A stretch of 64,000 bases of DNA from Eledone cirrhosa. Lineage: Eukaryota. Location: contig OZ024740.1 of NCBI GenBank assembly GCA_964016885.1, forward strand, positions 198,834,001-198,898,000, written 5' to 3'. The first letter of the stretch is position 1. Each line of letters starts with the position of its first letter. Below are positions 38,186 through 52,930 of the stretch, in pieces. The translations under genes were made by a program, and so were the position numbers. Below the pieces are notes generated by a model, which worked only from the letters and a program-made list of their open reading frames with translations, did no database searches and was not told where the DNA came from.

Positions 38186-38624
38186 ATGTGTGTGTATATG
38201 TGTGTATATATGTGTGTATATATTTTTATGTAACATTCTAGTTGTATTTTTCTAGTTGTATTTGTTGTAACTCAGGCTCTGTAATTAAACAAACGTATAG
38301 GACTCTATTTAAGTAACATACCTGCGGACAAATGTTACTTATAACTTTTAATTACTATTTCGTTCACCAGAAAGAATATATTAGATAAAGCGACACTATA
38401 TATACAAATGAAATCATCAATAGAGTCCCATCTGTGAAACGATCGTTAATGTGTATAATCAATACAGACCTTAACGTGAAACCTCATTTCATTATATATA
38501 TATATATATATACATATATATGTATATATATATATATACTTAGGGTAAATATTGATGCAATTTAAATCAAGCACTCAACGTACTTATTCCACATAGGAGT
38601 GACGGAGTAAATATCGAATATGGA

Positions 38625-40911
38625 AAAGCGAAGTAGTTTCAGATGTTCAAGTCCTTTAATAATAATGCTGTGATATATATTTCAATGGCGAAAGTGGCCA
38701 TACTGTTCTGTGCGCCAGTCTCGCGACATCGTCAGACAGCTTGTTACATAATAAGGTTATGGTTCCGAGGCAATCCAAATTGAATCGACATGGGAACGGA
38801 CGAAGTATGTGCTTTTGGGTTCTTCATCCGCTCCCCTGTGAGTACTAATTCACCCCCACTGGTCTACGCATGCGCAGGTCGAGGGGGAAGTTGACCATTA
38901 GCTACCGCAGATTTAAACGAAATTCGCTTGGTCAGTTCCCTCTCTCAGCCAGACAATGACCCATTCAAGCCGGCACCATAGTTTACTGCTAACCATCCCA
39001 TCTGTGGCAGTCAGCCGAAAGCCAGTGGGGATGGGAGAGTGTTAGTATTTACAGGTCTCTATACTACCTCTCACTAATAACTGACCATCAACCCTTAAGA
39101 GTATATATTTTTAATTCTATGTATCATAGTTTCATAGTTTAATATTGGAAGTTATAAGTGAAATTAGAACTAAAAATTACAATTTAAAATCGAAAATCCT
39201 AAATCAAGTATCAGAAATTATAAATTAAGAAATTAACAAATAGAAATTAAACAATTAAAAATGTTTCAAGTGAGAATCCGGATTGAGGTGAGTAGAAAAA
39301 ATATATAGATTGAAGTGAGTAAATAATATGCAGAGAGATGTTTAAGTAAGAAGTTTTCAAAGGGGTCCTAATCTTACAGTTACCCTATCTACATACTGAA
39401 CGATGACAGTAGAACTGAGGGTAAATTACAGTATTACGGGTAGTAGTCAATTGGGTACATAGTCGTAATTTCCATCACATGGAACAAAACCAACAAAGAC
39501 ATATATAAAGTACACAAAAGAAAAGAACCAATGAATGAATGAATGAATGAGTGAATGAATGAATGCAAAAACACAGAGTACATATATGCAAAATGATCCA
39601 TATTATTGTCAATTATTGTCAAATTCCCTCTACCATGGGATGGAAACCCCGGACACTGGACGGACATAATAATAACTTTCGGCAGGTTAAATAAGCGGAA
39701 ACAAAGATAAACCCCTATTTTTCTGCACCAAATCGCATTTGAACAGAAGCCCCCTCAATTCAAACTATACGTGGACAAATTGACAATAATATGGATCATT
39801 TTGCATATATGTACTCTGTGTTTTTGCATTCATTCATTCATTCATTCACTCATTCATTCATTCACTCATTCACTCATTCATTCATTGGTTCTTTTCTTTT
39901 GTGTACTTTATATATGTCTTTGTTGGTTTTGTTCCATGTGATGGAAATTACGACTATGTACCCAATTGACTACTACCCGTAATACTATAATTTACCCTCA
40001 GTTCTACTGTAAGACACCACCGTTCACTATGTAGATAGGGTAACTGTAACATTAGGACCCCTTTGAGAACTTCTTACTTAAACATCTCTCTGCATATTAT
40101 TTACTCACTTCAATCTATATATTTTTTCTACTCACCTCAATCCGGATTCTCACTTGAAAAATCTTTAATTGTTTAATTTCTATTTACTCTTTTACTATTT
40201 TACCTGTTTCAGCCATTATAATTTCTGATACTTGATTTAGGATTTTCGATTTTAAATTGTAATTTTTAGTTCTAATTTCACTTATGAAACTATGAAACTA
40301 TGATACATAGAATTAAAAATATATACTCTTAGGGGTTGATGGTCAGTTATTAGTGAGAGGTAGTATAGAGACCTGTAAATACTAATACTCTCCCATCCCC
40401 ACTGGCTTTCGGCTGACTGCCACAGATGGGATGGGTAGCAGTAAACTATGGTGCCGGCTTGAATGGGTCATTGTCTGGCTGAGAGAGGGATGACCAAGCG
40501 AATTTCGTTTAAATCTGCGGTAGCTCATGGTCAACTTGCGCCTGGAACTGCGCCTGCGCAGACCACTGGGGGTGAATTGGTACTCACAGGGGAGCGGATG
40601 AAGAACCCAAAAGCATATACTTCGTCCGTTCCCATGTCGATTCAATTTGGATTGCCTCGGAACATAACCTTGTTATGTAACAAGCTGTCTGACGATGTCG
40701 CGAGACTGGCGCACAGAACAGTGTGGCCACTTTCGCCATATCACAGTATTATTATTATTAAAATCCCGTCGAGGTTAACTTTGCCTTTCATCCTTACGGG
40801 GTCGATAAAATAAAGTACCAGTAATGTACTGGGTTATTGCTGGCCTTGTGCCAAAAGTAGAAACAATTATTATTAAAGGACTTGAACATCTGAAACTACT
40901 TCGCTTTCCCT

Positions 40912-40912
<1 letters not shown>
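38625..40912. repeat. Non-coding foldback with arms of about 1 kb (38625-39620 and 39774-40912); a SINE is inserted in the right arm at 40760-40870
   Basis: Arms are reverse complements; the SINE is absent from the left arm and flanked by duplicated ATTATTATTA. Confidence 0.9.
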
Positions 40913-40957
<45 letters not shown>

Positions 40958-41990
40958 ATAATAAATGTGAAGACTAAATTCCGAAGCTGGTTCGATAAAG
41001 AATATATATATATTTAATATATATATAAACCCGTAGAGCAAATATTTATTATAAGTACATTAAGGGTGAGAGTAAGCTCTCACCCTTAATGGGATCTTCA
41101 GAAACTATATATATGTATGTATACATATATATATATATACGACAGGCTTTTGTAAAGCTACTGTATGGCACATTTACTCACAAATCAGTGCTAAACTCGA
41201 GGATATGAAATAAGTCACTCCTATCAAGTACCATGTAGTGGAAATATAACTTCAAATTACAGGGTTGTGGAGTAAAGACCATAACCACACCACCATGTCT
41301 GCCAATTGTAGGTAAAGTAGTATACGATTTAGAATGGACATTCACAAAAGTGTAAACGTATGTTTATCCATATAAGAGAAGAAACAGTAATGAAACAATA
41401 TTGGATGGAAATAAATAAATTATAGAAAGAAGGAAAACACTGACAAACATAATTATAGTATAGTTAGAGATCTATGAAATAAATTGCAATATTTAATTAA
41501 CAATCACCTACGACTAATACATTATTTATTTGCTTTATATATGGACAGCGTAATGATGAAGGATAAAGCTAACCTCAGCGGGATTTGAACCCAGAACCCC
41601 GTTGAGGTTGGCTTTGCCTTTCATTCTTACGGGGTCGATAGATAATGTACCCGTAATGCATTGGGGTTGATTAAATAGACTTTTCCCACCCATAAAATGG
41701 TAAGCCTTGTAGCTAAATCAGAAACAGTTATTCATTGTGAAGGCGCCTGGCCAGCAATCATAAGATCGTGGGGTCATTTTTCAGAACGGGTGACACATGG
41801 TGTTCTTCGACAATAAACCTCATTTTACCTCGCATTTCATTATTGAATTGTGGCCCTATAAGACGCCCTACAAGAAAGAACATTGTAGGATGTCATTGCA
41901 AATATGTGAGCTGTAAATTTCACTTGATTTCTTTTTCGCATTATTGATTATTATGACAATATATGAATAAATACTGACTGAAACTTGTCA

Positions 41991-42865
41991 TCTATATATA
42001 TAAAACTGACGTTGTCTGTCTGTCTGCATGTCTGTCTGTCTACTAAAACGTTCGGCACACATCTCCTCCTAAACCGTACGTTCAAATTTCGGTGAAATTG
42101 CTACACTTATAGATGAAGGTCCGGCGGAGACATCGGTCAACGAAATTTTTAAATCGACTCACGCCAATTGCAAAAATCAAATTTGTAATATATTGATTTT
42201 TCAGTTCAAATGTATAAATAGAGTTGAGAGACGAGTTATTTCCCTTTTATGGCGTCATTCTGACGCGTATAAAAGTACAAACCTACACGAACAAGTTTCG
42301 GGCCAGCAAAATTTTAACCTTCAAAATTCATGAGTTAGACATTTCCCCATTAAGCTTCCATTTTGTTTCATTTCCATAAAAAAATATTTTAAAACAATAG
42401 TTTTACTTGAAAACAAGCCTATTTGAATAAACCGTAAAACAAGCAAATATTTTGTAAAAAGATCAATGATCTCGAATAAAGCCTTATGAAATTTTCATTT
42501 AGAAGCAATGATTTTAAACGACAGACAGATAATGCATTTTTTTGTTTTGTTTTTCATGTCCATCCAAATTCTTTGTTTCAAAATAACCGATAGTTTGGTT
42601 ACGCTGATGTTTTTCTCTGAGACAAGTGTTGCAGTGTTTACATTTTCAATTTTTGTTAATAGATTACCAGTGCAGTTTACATCACCAGCATCCTCTTTTG
42701 TTTTAACATTCGGGTTATGGTCATAAGGCATACTGTTGGTTGAGGAAATATTACCACATGAAAATCTACACTGTAGAGTCTACAGTTTTTAAGCCTAGAA
42801 AGGAACTTAACATTGTAACTTTAACACTACTGAGCAGCCCGAGCAACGCCGGGCTTTACTGCTAG
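41991..42865 (+). mobile_element. Non-autonomous Helitron
   Basis: A|TCTATATATATAAAACTG 5' end, (CTGT)n, 3' hairpin GCCCGAGCAACGCCGGGC then CTAG|T. Confidence 0.85.
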
Positions 42866-44695
42866 TATTAGTTAACAGAGATTTCCAATAAATAACTAAT
42901 TAATATAAAGCTGATCTGTGCACATAGCATATAAATCTATATATTTTCTACTGATGTATCTGCTTCTGTTGCAACGCACAAGTAGGATTACAACAGTATG
43001 GTTTCTGCGATTGATTTTATTATAACTGACGCTATCATATGATATCGAAGACTGGCGTTATCAGTTGGTCATCTAGGTAGCTGACTAAGACGCAAACTTC
43101 AGAGATACGCATTACTGAACATTTAAGTCTTAGTTTCATAGTTATGCCTATAGATAAATTAACTATATATTAATCTCCTGCAATGAATAAATACATCACT
43201 AAACATCATCGCCGTAAAGTAAATTTGTGGAAATATCCAAACTTGTCTTATAGTATTATGACCTCTTATAATTTGACGCGCGTGTGTTTGGGTTATATAG
43301 TGGCAAAATTGTGTTAGTTTCCTCTGAATGGATTGTCAGAATTGCTTGAGCGTCGGGCAAAATGCTTCGCAATACGTTTTGCCATCAATTCACATTGCCT
43401 TGGATCATTCGAGGTTCAATAAATGCTGGGATGAAACAATAGACTCTCCATACTTTAAATTGCTGACCTTGTGCTTAAATTAGATACAATTATATGGATA
43501 TTTCATAGGGATCCCTTCTGTCATGGCAGGTTATTTTGTGGATAACCAGCAGCCACTCAGTCATATCATTTTCTCCTCTGCACGTCGCTTATGTTGTACA
43601 AGGGAAAGACAAAGACCGATCGAGTTGAACAAATCCTTTTGTCCCGTTGATGGGACGGGGGAAATTCGAAATAAAGAGTCTTTCTCTATGACACAGTTGA
43701 ATTGGCCATTATTTTGTAACAATTTAAGTTTCACTATTTAGAATATATCTTGTGTCTATCTTAGTACAGTCGTACATGTCTAACACATCTCAATGATGAT
43801 GCAGAATAAAATGATGTAACATTATTGTGAGCACACTTTCGGAGAAAATAAGGTATTATTCTTAATTAACAGATATGAACATAAATTATTGTTTTCAAAT
43901 TAGTGGCAATATAATCTAATGAGCAATGTTGGACATCACGTGGTTCCATCGACAAATTTTCCACTTGTACGAAACAGGAAAATAATCACTCATAAATTAA
44001 AGTACAAGTGGTTGTACATTACGCATATATGTTTACATATAATGTAATCACCGTTACACAGTATGTGACAAAGCTCTTTTTTTAAAACAGGAAGTGCTAA
44101 TGCCCACTGTCTCTTTGAAATTAAAGTGAAACGTTTCAAAGGAACGTCATTTCAATACTAGTCATAGCGTTATCTAATATTCCTTTGAAAGTACAATGAA
44201 ACGATTTGAAGAAACGTATTTGCAATATCCACCGTATCGCTATTCAGGATTTGAAGAAACATTAATTAGAAACCGCAGTGTTAGGCGAGAGAAAATACAT
44301 AGATGTCTGATTGCATCATCCTTCAGATTGGTCAGGTACACCGTTTTTTTACTTGACTTCCACTAATCACTCCGATACCTTTTTAAGCTACAGCGTGATA
44401 ACTTCTTATAGTGGCAGGTTAAACATGCTGAGGGACTGGGCGTTCGGAGGGGAGTTGAGTATCGGTAACCAATTTTCAGGCCCTTTGAAATGCTATGATA
44501 AATATACACTAAAACGTCTAGAGTGAGACTCCAACGACTGACTACAACCGAGAAAAAATATACATACATACTTACATATATACATACATACACATACATA
44601 CATACACACATACATCAAGAGATTCCAGTCAGTTTCCTGATGATTTCAGACGAATGAAGCAATTCTACTGCAGTAGAAATTACTTATTATTTTTA

Positions 44696-44851
44696 AATGA
44701 AACAATTAGTACTTTTTATACTAATGTAATTAGTATCTTACTTCTCTGGGGTTCATTTCCGTATATATATATATATAAGAGTAACGGAATTGAACCACAG
44801 AGAAATAAGATACTAATTACATTAGTATAACAAGTACTAATTGTTTCATTT
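44696..44851. repeat. Short inverted repeat (about 67 bp arms around a TA-rich spacer)
   Basis: AAATGAAACAATTAGTAC...TTCCGT and ACGGAA...GTACTAATTGTTTCATTT. Confidence 0.8.
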
Positions 44852-45018
44852 AGATGTAATAAGTAATATATGTTCCGAAGAGATTGTTTTGGATACCTTT
44901 CTTATGAGAACGGTAAATGCCTGCAAGACTTATTAGTTGCATGGGAGAACCGTTGAAATAATTATGATTATACGATTCATGTAACATCAGCATTTTTTTT
45001 TTTGTTAATTTTGTAGAT

Positions 45019-45073
<55 letters not shown>

Positions 45074-47539
45074 CGTGTGTATGTGTGTGTGTGCGTGTGT
45101 GTGTGTGTGCGTGCGCGTGCGTGTGTGTGTGTATGTGTGTGTGTGTGTGTGTGTATGTGTGTGTGTACAACGACATAGTACGAGGCATCACTCTAATAAA
45201 ATTTGCGATAGATTTAGTTAAATTTTGCAATTAATATAACTTCTCAGGTCAATCGTGAGTTCTGTATCAGAGTAGTGTGTAGTCAGCAAATTCGTTAATG
45301 TCTACTTAATCCAATTCGATGTTGAATATAATGTTTCATTATATGTTGTATATGAAATACTCAAGGAGCCTGCTACGTCAATGTACAATTATGCAGGTAA
45401 AATAATCAGATTAAAAGCCTTCATACTTGCTTGTTAATTAATTATATTAGTCATCTCATATTTGTCTATAATGAAGAGGTTCATATTGCTGGTCTTTCTG
45501 GTTTGTCTCACTGCTTAAATAATATTAATAGTTACATCAATGTTCATATGCAATGTTGCGCCTGATGTGTATTCTCGTACTACCCTTTACTACTTTATCG
45601 CCTCTACTGTTTATACAAAAAACAACACAAAATCAACAAAAATGAATTCACATTTAACCCTTTCCTTGCATTTTATCCAATGTAATATAATACTTTTCAA
45701 ATTAATTTACTAAAACTATTAATTATTTCATTACTAAGATAATATATTTATATAAAAGTATGTTGCATATTTTTTAAATTTAAATGGGAACCCTTTAAAA
45801 TGGGCCATTTTGTTTCATAGAAACAGATCTAGTTTGGGACGGTTTACTATCTTCAGAGTTAATTATATTTACTTTGTAACATGTTGATGGTTATTTCCTC
45901 AAGCCTTCTTGACGGAAATTAATGATTAAGTAATAACTCATTCTCCTTGTCATTGTTGTATTTCTATTTTATTAATATTTCGTAACTCATTAATTATACA
46001 TTTTTCAACATAGAACCTAACATTAATTTACGGTAGCTTACAATGTTGTGTCTTGTTAAAATATCACATAAATTTCTTTTAAAGTATTTGCTCCGGGTCT
46101 CAATGTTCTGAGCTCAAATCCTACAGGCGTCAGCTTCGCCTTTCATCATTTCTTGATTGAGAAACAACGTACGTTCTACGTTTAAATCCCTCCTAGTTTA
46201 TCTTTGCCTTTTATCCTGACATGAAACGATGAAATAAAGTACCTATAAACAACCAGGTAAAAATATAATCGACTTTCTCATCCCTTGTATCTCTATTTCT
46301 CTTTCTCTCTTTCTCTCCCTTTCATTGGAAGAATTCGATTGTGTTCTCTCTCGCTGAGTGATTGCTGCTAAGTGTAAATGCCCATAACATTGTATGCTAA
46401 GGCAGCGCCCTTACACTAACATCAAGTGTTCAGGATAGGGGAGTAATTTTCTTTTGATTTGTAAGTTGTCGATGCGGTCATTGATTTAATTCAAACCAGA
46501 GTTAATGTGGCGTTTCTGTGGTAAAAACATTCCCGCCACGACGACCGTCTCTAATTATGCGATTAGACTGTGATGTGTAGGTATGGAGCTCGGTAAGGGA
46601 GCCGAATAGATTCGGATTTAGTGCAATTTGATACAATACGTTTGTGGAAGGGGGATGTATGGTTATACGTCTTTGCTTCTGTTCAATAATGTATCCGTTA
46701 GAAACAACGTAATCTATACATGATCTATAATATATCATTTGAAGGGCCCAAGAATAACTGCAATCTAATGTCTAGAAGCAGTAAAGGGATATACATGTAT
46801 ATCGGTGCTTAAACTGTTAATGTACCTACGATAAATTTAGGCAATGCCTGTACAAACTCGATAGGATGAGAAAGTATAGACAGAATCGACAAGGAGAGCC
46901 AAGCTGCACATCCATTATACGCCTTAACCATTAAACGAAGAAATACCGTTGACTACACGTAGTCAAATCTAGAGAATGTAAACGTAAAACTGGTCAAGCG
47001 ACAATTATCAAATTTACCTCCATGTGTATCTCACAAGCTTCGCTTCTGTCGTAATACACACTTACCCAGCAATGAATAGTTATATATATATAACTACATA
47101 ATTTATTGAATACTTATTCTAACAGATGGCACTATAATCATGAGAAAAGACCCTAAACAGTAGACCTTGCAACTTTGGCTGTTATGTTTGATATGTTGAA
47201 CTAGTTAGTTTTTAGTTGGATGGTATGTGGAGGCATTATCACTGACGTTACTCAGTCAGTACTGCGACTGTTTATATATGAGGGTAAGTAAAACATTATC
47301 CACACTTTCGCTATAACATAATTTTAGGTTTGTCACATCACACTGACTTCTGCTCCTGCGTGCTTATAGTTGGTAGTACTGTCGTCGCCTGATCGAGGTT
47401 TGTGTAGCATAGAATGGTGGTTGTCGTGGATGGATCTGTTCAGAATGGCATATTTGCGCTTTCCCTAACAGTTCAGCGACAGCAAGTGCTAACTGCGTCG
47501 GTCACACCTTTGCCAATTTTTAAAACCCTACATTTAGCA

Positions 47540-48900
47540 GAATTATAGGCCTAACATTTTACATATAGTCCCACGTGTTGAGAATCCTTATCAGCAGCGC
47601 TACAGCTGTTTGGCCAACCGAACTCCCGTTCTGCTAACAGTTGCAAGAGACGTCTGCCAAGATGTAATAGGAACATGTCTGGTACATACGTATTAGTCAC
47701 ACACATTTGCTTAGGATCGAGTAACATGCGCCTTTCGTGGTCAACCAACCACAGGATTGTAAATTCGTTGCCACACTGCGCCTCCTTCATTCGGGCCCAT
47801 CGAACGTCTTTCGATCCCTCCTATCTCATTGCACGTGCCCTCCCTCTGACTATGCAGCCTTCGTAGGTCGCCATCCCTTTTCTAAGTTACCTCCTTTAGC
47901 TCCCTATCTAGCTCTCCTTCTCTAATCTAATTTTCTCTATCGTTACATCTTTACTAAACTTTATCGATTCTACTCTAATCGCCCTTTTCAGAGCGAACGA
48001 CCATTTATTTATGAAGATTGCTCCCGTCAACGCTCGCTCGGTTAATGAACTAATTCAGTCTCACTAAGGTTTGAGGTTTGTGCAGTTGATTACTTTTGTG
48101 GTCAAACATTCTAGTCTCATAGACTTCTCTACACAATATCCTGCCGATAGGATGTAGATGACCTGATGCGCTTTGACCATATCTGCATTGGAACATTCGA
48201 AAAATTCAGTCGGTCACTGCCATGCGGTTGGAAACGTTTGAGCATGTTTGTAAGGCTTTTACAACCTCTTTGTTTATTTACTAGCCCCAACTAGTTCCCA
48301 CGTGCATCTTAGATAACGGTCAAGTAACCTACTAGCCAGGCGGCACCTGCATTACATTGATTTCACCAATCTTTGACTGAGAAGGGGAGTACATCAGTAA
48401 GTTCCTCATTTCTGAGGCAAGCTAGGGAATGAGATTTTGCTTCCACCCTAAATCGTTTGCCTCATGAGATTTGTGTTTTGCGTGCACATACGACATACCA
48501 GGATCTGGGAAAATGGGCCGCGGTGGCCCGTCCTACCCTGCGTGATTTTGCTAGAGTTGTATGATGTATCACCATACCACAAAGTTGATTTTCCATCACC
48601 CTCTAACTCCACTCTTCTGCCATCGTCTTTGTCTTCTTTATTTTGTACTCCTTGATATATTATTTTCCTACAATTTGCGAGGACACTGCGAAGGAAGCGG
48701 CTGACAGTGTCCTTTTTATGTGGTTGACAACGGCTTCAATTTTCTTTGAAACCGTGACGTTCATGGCTTGACTGGTTGACTGTCTTGATGGTGAACGCAG
48801 AGCTTGACCGGTTGTTAGTTGCCTTGATATTTTCTCTAGCGGACAGTTAAGTAAACACAATTTCAAAAACTCGCCAGCGTCTAAAACAACGTGGCCAGGT
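47540..48900 (+). mobile_element. Possible highly decayed L1/Tx1-like LINE remnant
   Basis: Higher-GC island; MKIAPVNARSVN at 48011 resembles an APE N-terminus; no intact motifs. Confidence 0.3.
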
Positions 48901-49835
48901 ACCTCATATGAAAAGAATAGTAATTATAATAATAATGATTTCTACTGCAGGCACAAGGCCAGCAATTTGAGGGAGGAGAATGTCGATTAAATCGATCCCA
49001 CTGCGTGGCTGGTAATTTATTTTATCGACACAGTAACGATGAAAGTCGCAGCTAATCTCGGTGGGATTTGAACTTAGAACGTAAAGGGCCGTACCTCTAT
49101 GTCCGACGTTCTACCGATTTTGCCAATCCACTGACCTAGTAATGACAATAATAACCACAACTCCAGCCAAAAATGTAGAATTACTAAATATATATATGAT
49201 ATGGAGTAATTAATATAGTCAATTGATTGCACCTGCATGAGATTTGAGTTAAGTCTAACATTCACCACAGACATACCTGCTCGCTTTTACTACTGGAATA
49301 CTCCACAATAATAAATATCATTGATCATTTGGGGAAAATGTACATATTCACTTGGGAGATAGTAATGAATATAATAAAGGATTGTAAAACAGGAAATAAT
49401 CAGTTCATTTTCTGTTAAAGAATGTATGAAATGGCAAGACGATAAATAGGATACATAAACATTTTGATGGTGTCATGGATACATACTGATGCCATATGTA
49501 AAGAGAGGGATTTAGCAATGTTGAAACATACTGGAGAAAACAGTTATTTATATATACGTACATTCGCAGGAACACACATAAAACACATGCGAATATTATA
49601 TATACACATACGCACATGAATATAAGTGTATATAAACTCACAAATGTAGCACAACCAAAGCACCCCAGCATTCAAATACGCCAACATACACAAAAAATAG
49701 GGTCGATGCTTATATATACTAGAAGAAAAATCGCCCTCGTGCGGTTTTTTGCTGGAATTTGTAGTGTGCGTATTGGTTTTATACGCAAATATATATACTT
49801 ATAGATATATGTTAATTGAAAAGTAAATTGACAAT

Positions 49836-50460
49836 ATCTTCTTCTTCGCCCACTTATCTGAGAAGGTCGTGGGGGGGGGGGGGGCAGAGTGCCCTCCTCA
49901 AACACTCTTTCCAGTCAGAAGCAAACATCTCTAACTGATACAGCTGGATCCCAAAGTGTGACCAGCCAAGCTCATGGATGTTATCCAACTATCTTGCTCA
50001 GGGTCTACCTCTGGGTCTCTTGCTGGTTGGTTTTGCCGGAAAAATCTGTCCACCAATACTTTCCTGAGACATTCTAAACACATACCCATAGTATCAGAGC
50101 TGTGATCTCTCAATCCGGAGAAGTAGCGGCTCAACCAGGAGTGACTCTCTGATATCTCAGCTATGGCCTTTATCGAGTAACGTTACTCCAAAGACCCTTC
50201 TGAGGAATCCCATTTCTGCCGTTTGTATTTGCAATTGTATTCTTTCGGTCATTACCCAAGATTCATGAACATCAATAAGGGTTGACAGAAATACCAAGAA
50301 GACAGCGAGTTTGGCTTTTACACCTACCTCCCTTCTTCTGATTACTGAATGCTGAAGCTGGCGCATTACTGCATTAGCTTTTGCAATTCCTGCACTTAAT
50401 TCACCCTCCTGCATTCCATCACTCATGATACTTGAACCTCTCCAGCTGCTTCATTTGTGC
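49836..50460 (-). mobile_element. 3' fragment of an RTE-clade LINE with a (GAA)n tail
   Basis: SDG..EGELSAGIAKANAVMRQL..VKAKLAVF..HESWVMTERIQLQIQTAEMGFLRRVFGVTLLDK. Confidence 0.85.
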
Positions 50461-50719
50461 GACTTCTGTCTATCCATCCGTCACAATATGTATGTGTGTG
50501 TTTGTGTGAATGTATGTGTGTCTAAAAGGAAGGAAGGGGATACACACATAGGTCTCTAACTTAAAAACGGTGACACATACACACACACAAACATATATAT
50601 AAATATATATATGACACACACATACATATGTCACAACCATAATATAACACACAGACGTCTCTAATTTAAGAATGCCGACAAACACACGCGCGCGCACATA
50701 CATACACTGTTCTACTACC

Positions 50720-51160
50720 ACTGAAGGGCTTTGTCCCTGGAAAATATCCCCTCAATTTTGAAACCGTCTGGGTTGTCCAGAATTGATGGGAAAAGACCTG
50801 ATGGTCTTACCCTGTGATCCTGGTCAAGAGGTAGATGCCTTTTCTGGGACATCACAGTTAGTAACTCTTTTGCTTCTTCCCACATCCTGGATGCAGCAGT
50901 AAGGGCGAGAGCCACAGCATCCGCATTTTAACGGAACGAAATCCTAAAATACGGTGATCTGTTGGCTAACTACATTTTCCAGCCTGTGGCGTTCGAGACG
51001 TTTGGGGAAGTCGGGCTACTGACTGCAAGATTCTTATCTTCACTGGTGGCTTGCCTCGCAGAAGTAACTGGTGATGCTCGTGAAGGCGCTTGGTTGTTCC
51101 AGTACCTCAGCCTGGCCATCACCCAGGTAACGCTGCGAGTGTACTGGCTTGCCTCAAAAA
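50720..51160 (+). mobile_element. RLE domain fragment of a CRE-type non-LTR retrotransposon
   Basis: [28 protein letters not shown]...KYGDLLANYIFQPVAFETFG..GDAREGAWLFQYLSLAI. Confidence 0.85.
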
Positions 51161-51536
51161 TTATTAGAGAGGTTTGCCAGTGCTCCCCGCGATATTGTTT
51201 TCTTTTGCTCTGGTAGTAGCACGTTTGTCCACCCCTTTCGCCTGCCTGTTTTTGTATGTGGTGCTAGATGTATGTATTATCTGCTTGTGTGTTGTATGTG
51301 GTCCTAGATGTATGTATTACCTGATTGTGAGTTGTAGGTGGTCCGAGATGTGTGTATTATCTGCTTGTGTGGTGTATGTGGTCCTAGATGTGTGTATTAC
51401 CTGGTTGTAATGTATGTATATGTACATACGCACACACGTACACATACGCACACATATACACATACGCACACACATACATGTCAGCGCGTTGAAAAATATC
51501 GTAAACTCTTCATTTCTCCCTTGTATATACCTGTGA

Positions 51537-51581
<45 letters not shown>

Positions 51582-51864
51582 GAAGGTAATGTGGTAAGGA
51601 ACCAGATGGACCATAACGCACCAAAGTACTCAATACTTAGGGTAGTAGAGTGGGTAATAGGAATGAGTAGGACCCCGACGGCTGAGCTCAAGCCGTTTCG
51701 GCGGCTAATTCTGGACTAATTTAGTCCAGAATTAGCCGTCGAAACGGGGTCCTACTCGTTCCTATATATATATATATATATATATATATCTGTCACATAG
51801 TCTCTTTGTATCTCTCTCTTCACACACTCTATCTTTCTTTCTCACTCTGTCTTTATATATATAT

Positions 51865-52930
51865 AACCCACGGATGGGTTCAGGAAAAACCTTTACACCT
51901 TCTTTAAAAACTTAGGCCTTAGGATTACCTTAGATTCGAACTTAACTAAAGCTAACTTCCTAGACGTTACCCTCGACTTAGAAACTTCCCTTTACTACCC
52001 GTACCACAAACCTAATGAATACCTTAGATATATAGACGTTAATTCTAACCACCCCAAAAATATATTAGACAACCTAGTGAAAAGTGTCTCCATTAGGATA
52101 TCTAGCCTCGCCGCCAATGAAGATATCTTTAGAGCAGCAGCCCCCTATTACAACGAGGCCCTGGCCCGCAGCGGCTTTAGAGATAAGATCACCTACCTTA
52201 GTATAGCCCCACGCCCACCGAGGAAGAATAGGCGAAGGCACATTAGCTGGTATAACCCCCCCCCCCCCCCAACCCCTTCAACCGCGAAGTTTCAACACCT
52301 GTAGCTAAAATTTTCTTCACTCTCTTACAAAAACATTTCCCCACCCAACATAGGTACTATACAATGCTTAATAAGAATACCATTAGATTATCTTACTCTA
52401 CCACACCTAATCTAGCTAGGAACTTAGCCAACAATAACATCAAGAAGCTAAATAAGTCTACTTTTTCCGAAGCCCATCCAGCAACCGATGGCAATTGCAA
52501 TTGCCCTGATAAGACTACCTGCCCTCTCAACAACAACTGTCTAAAAAAAGATCTCCTCTATATATGCGATGTACTCTCAGGCCCCGATGAAAAAAGAAAC
52601 TCGTACATCGGGATGACTTCTAATAGTTTTAAGACTCGCTGGTACGCCCACACACATTCGTTCCGGCGCCCAGACAAATCTAACCAAACTACACTCGCCG
52701 CCCACATCTGGCACCTTAAAAGGAACTCCACGCCCTTCAAGACCCAATGGAGACTACTCCAGAGAGCGCGATCCTACACGGGAGGCCATAATTGCTGTGA
52801 CCTCTGTATCTCCGAGAGCTATGAGATTCTATTCGCCAAAGGCCCTCTCCTCAACAAGATCTCGGAACACTCCCCTAATTGCATGCACAAGAACTATGCA
52901 AATTACAAAAACTACAGACCCCCCGGCCCC
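51865..52930 (+). mobile_element. 3' portion of a Neptune-type Penelope-like element (thumb, Cys linker, GIY-YIG), well preserved, with a frameshift at the poly-C tract
   Basis: ANFLDVTLDL..PYHKPN..YIDVNSNHP, WYNPP, CNCPDKTTCPLNNNC, LLY..SYIGMTSNSFKTRWYAH, CDLCISE, CMH. Confidence 0.93.

Noticed and set aside
40463-40813. 116 aa ORF in the foldback arm
   Set aside because: Runs into a SINE, is not kept open in the mirror arm and has no recognisable motif.
44636-44712. CTGATGA, long hairpin, GAAA next to a short inverted repeat
   Set aside because: No helix I complement after a cleavage triplet; at best a decayed motif.
43000-47250. Possible host-gene exons in the repeat-poor stretch (also 11700-14400 and 57500-59400)
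   Set aside because: No recognisable protein motifs or convincing splice-bounded ORFs by eye; short exons cannot be excluded without RNA-seq.
47277-47350. TATGAGGGTAAGTAAAAC mariner-like left terminus
   Set aside because: No matching right TIR or transposase found; too degenerate to call.
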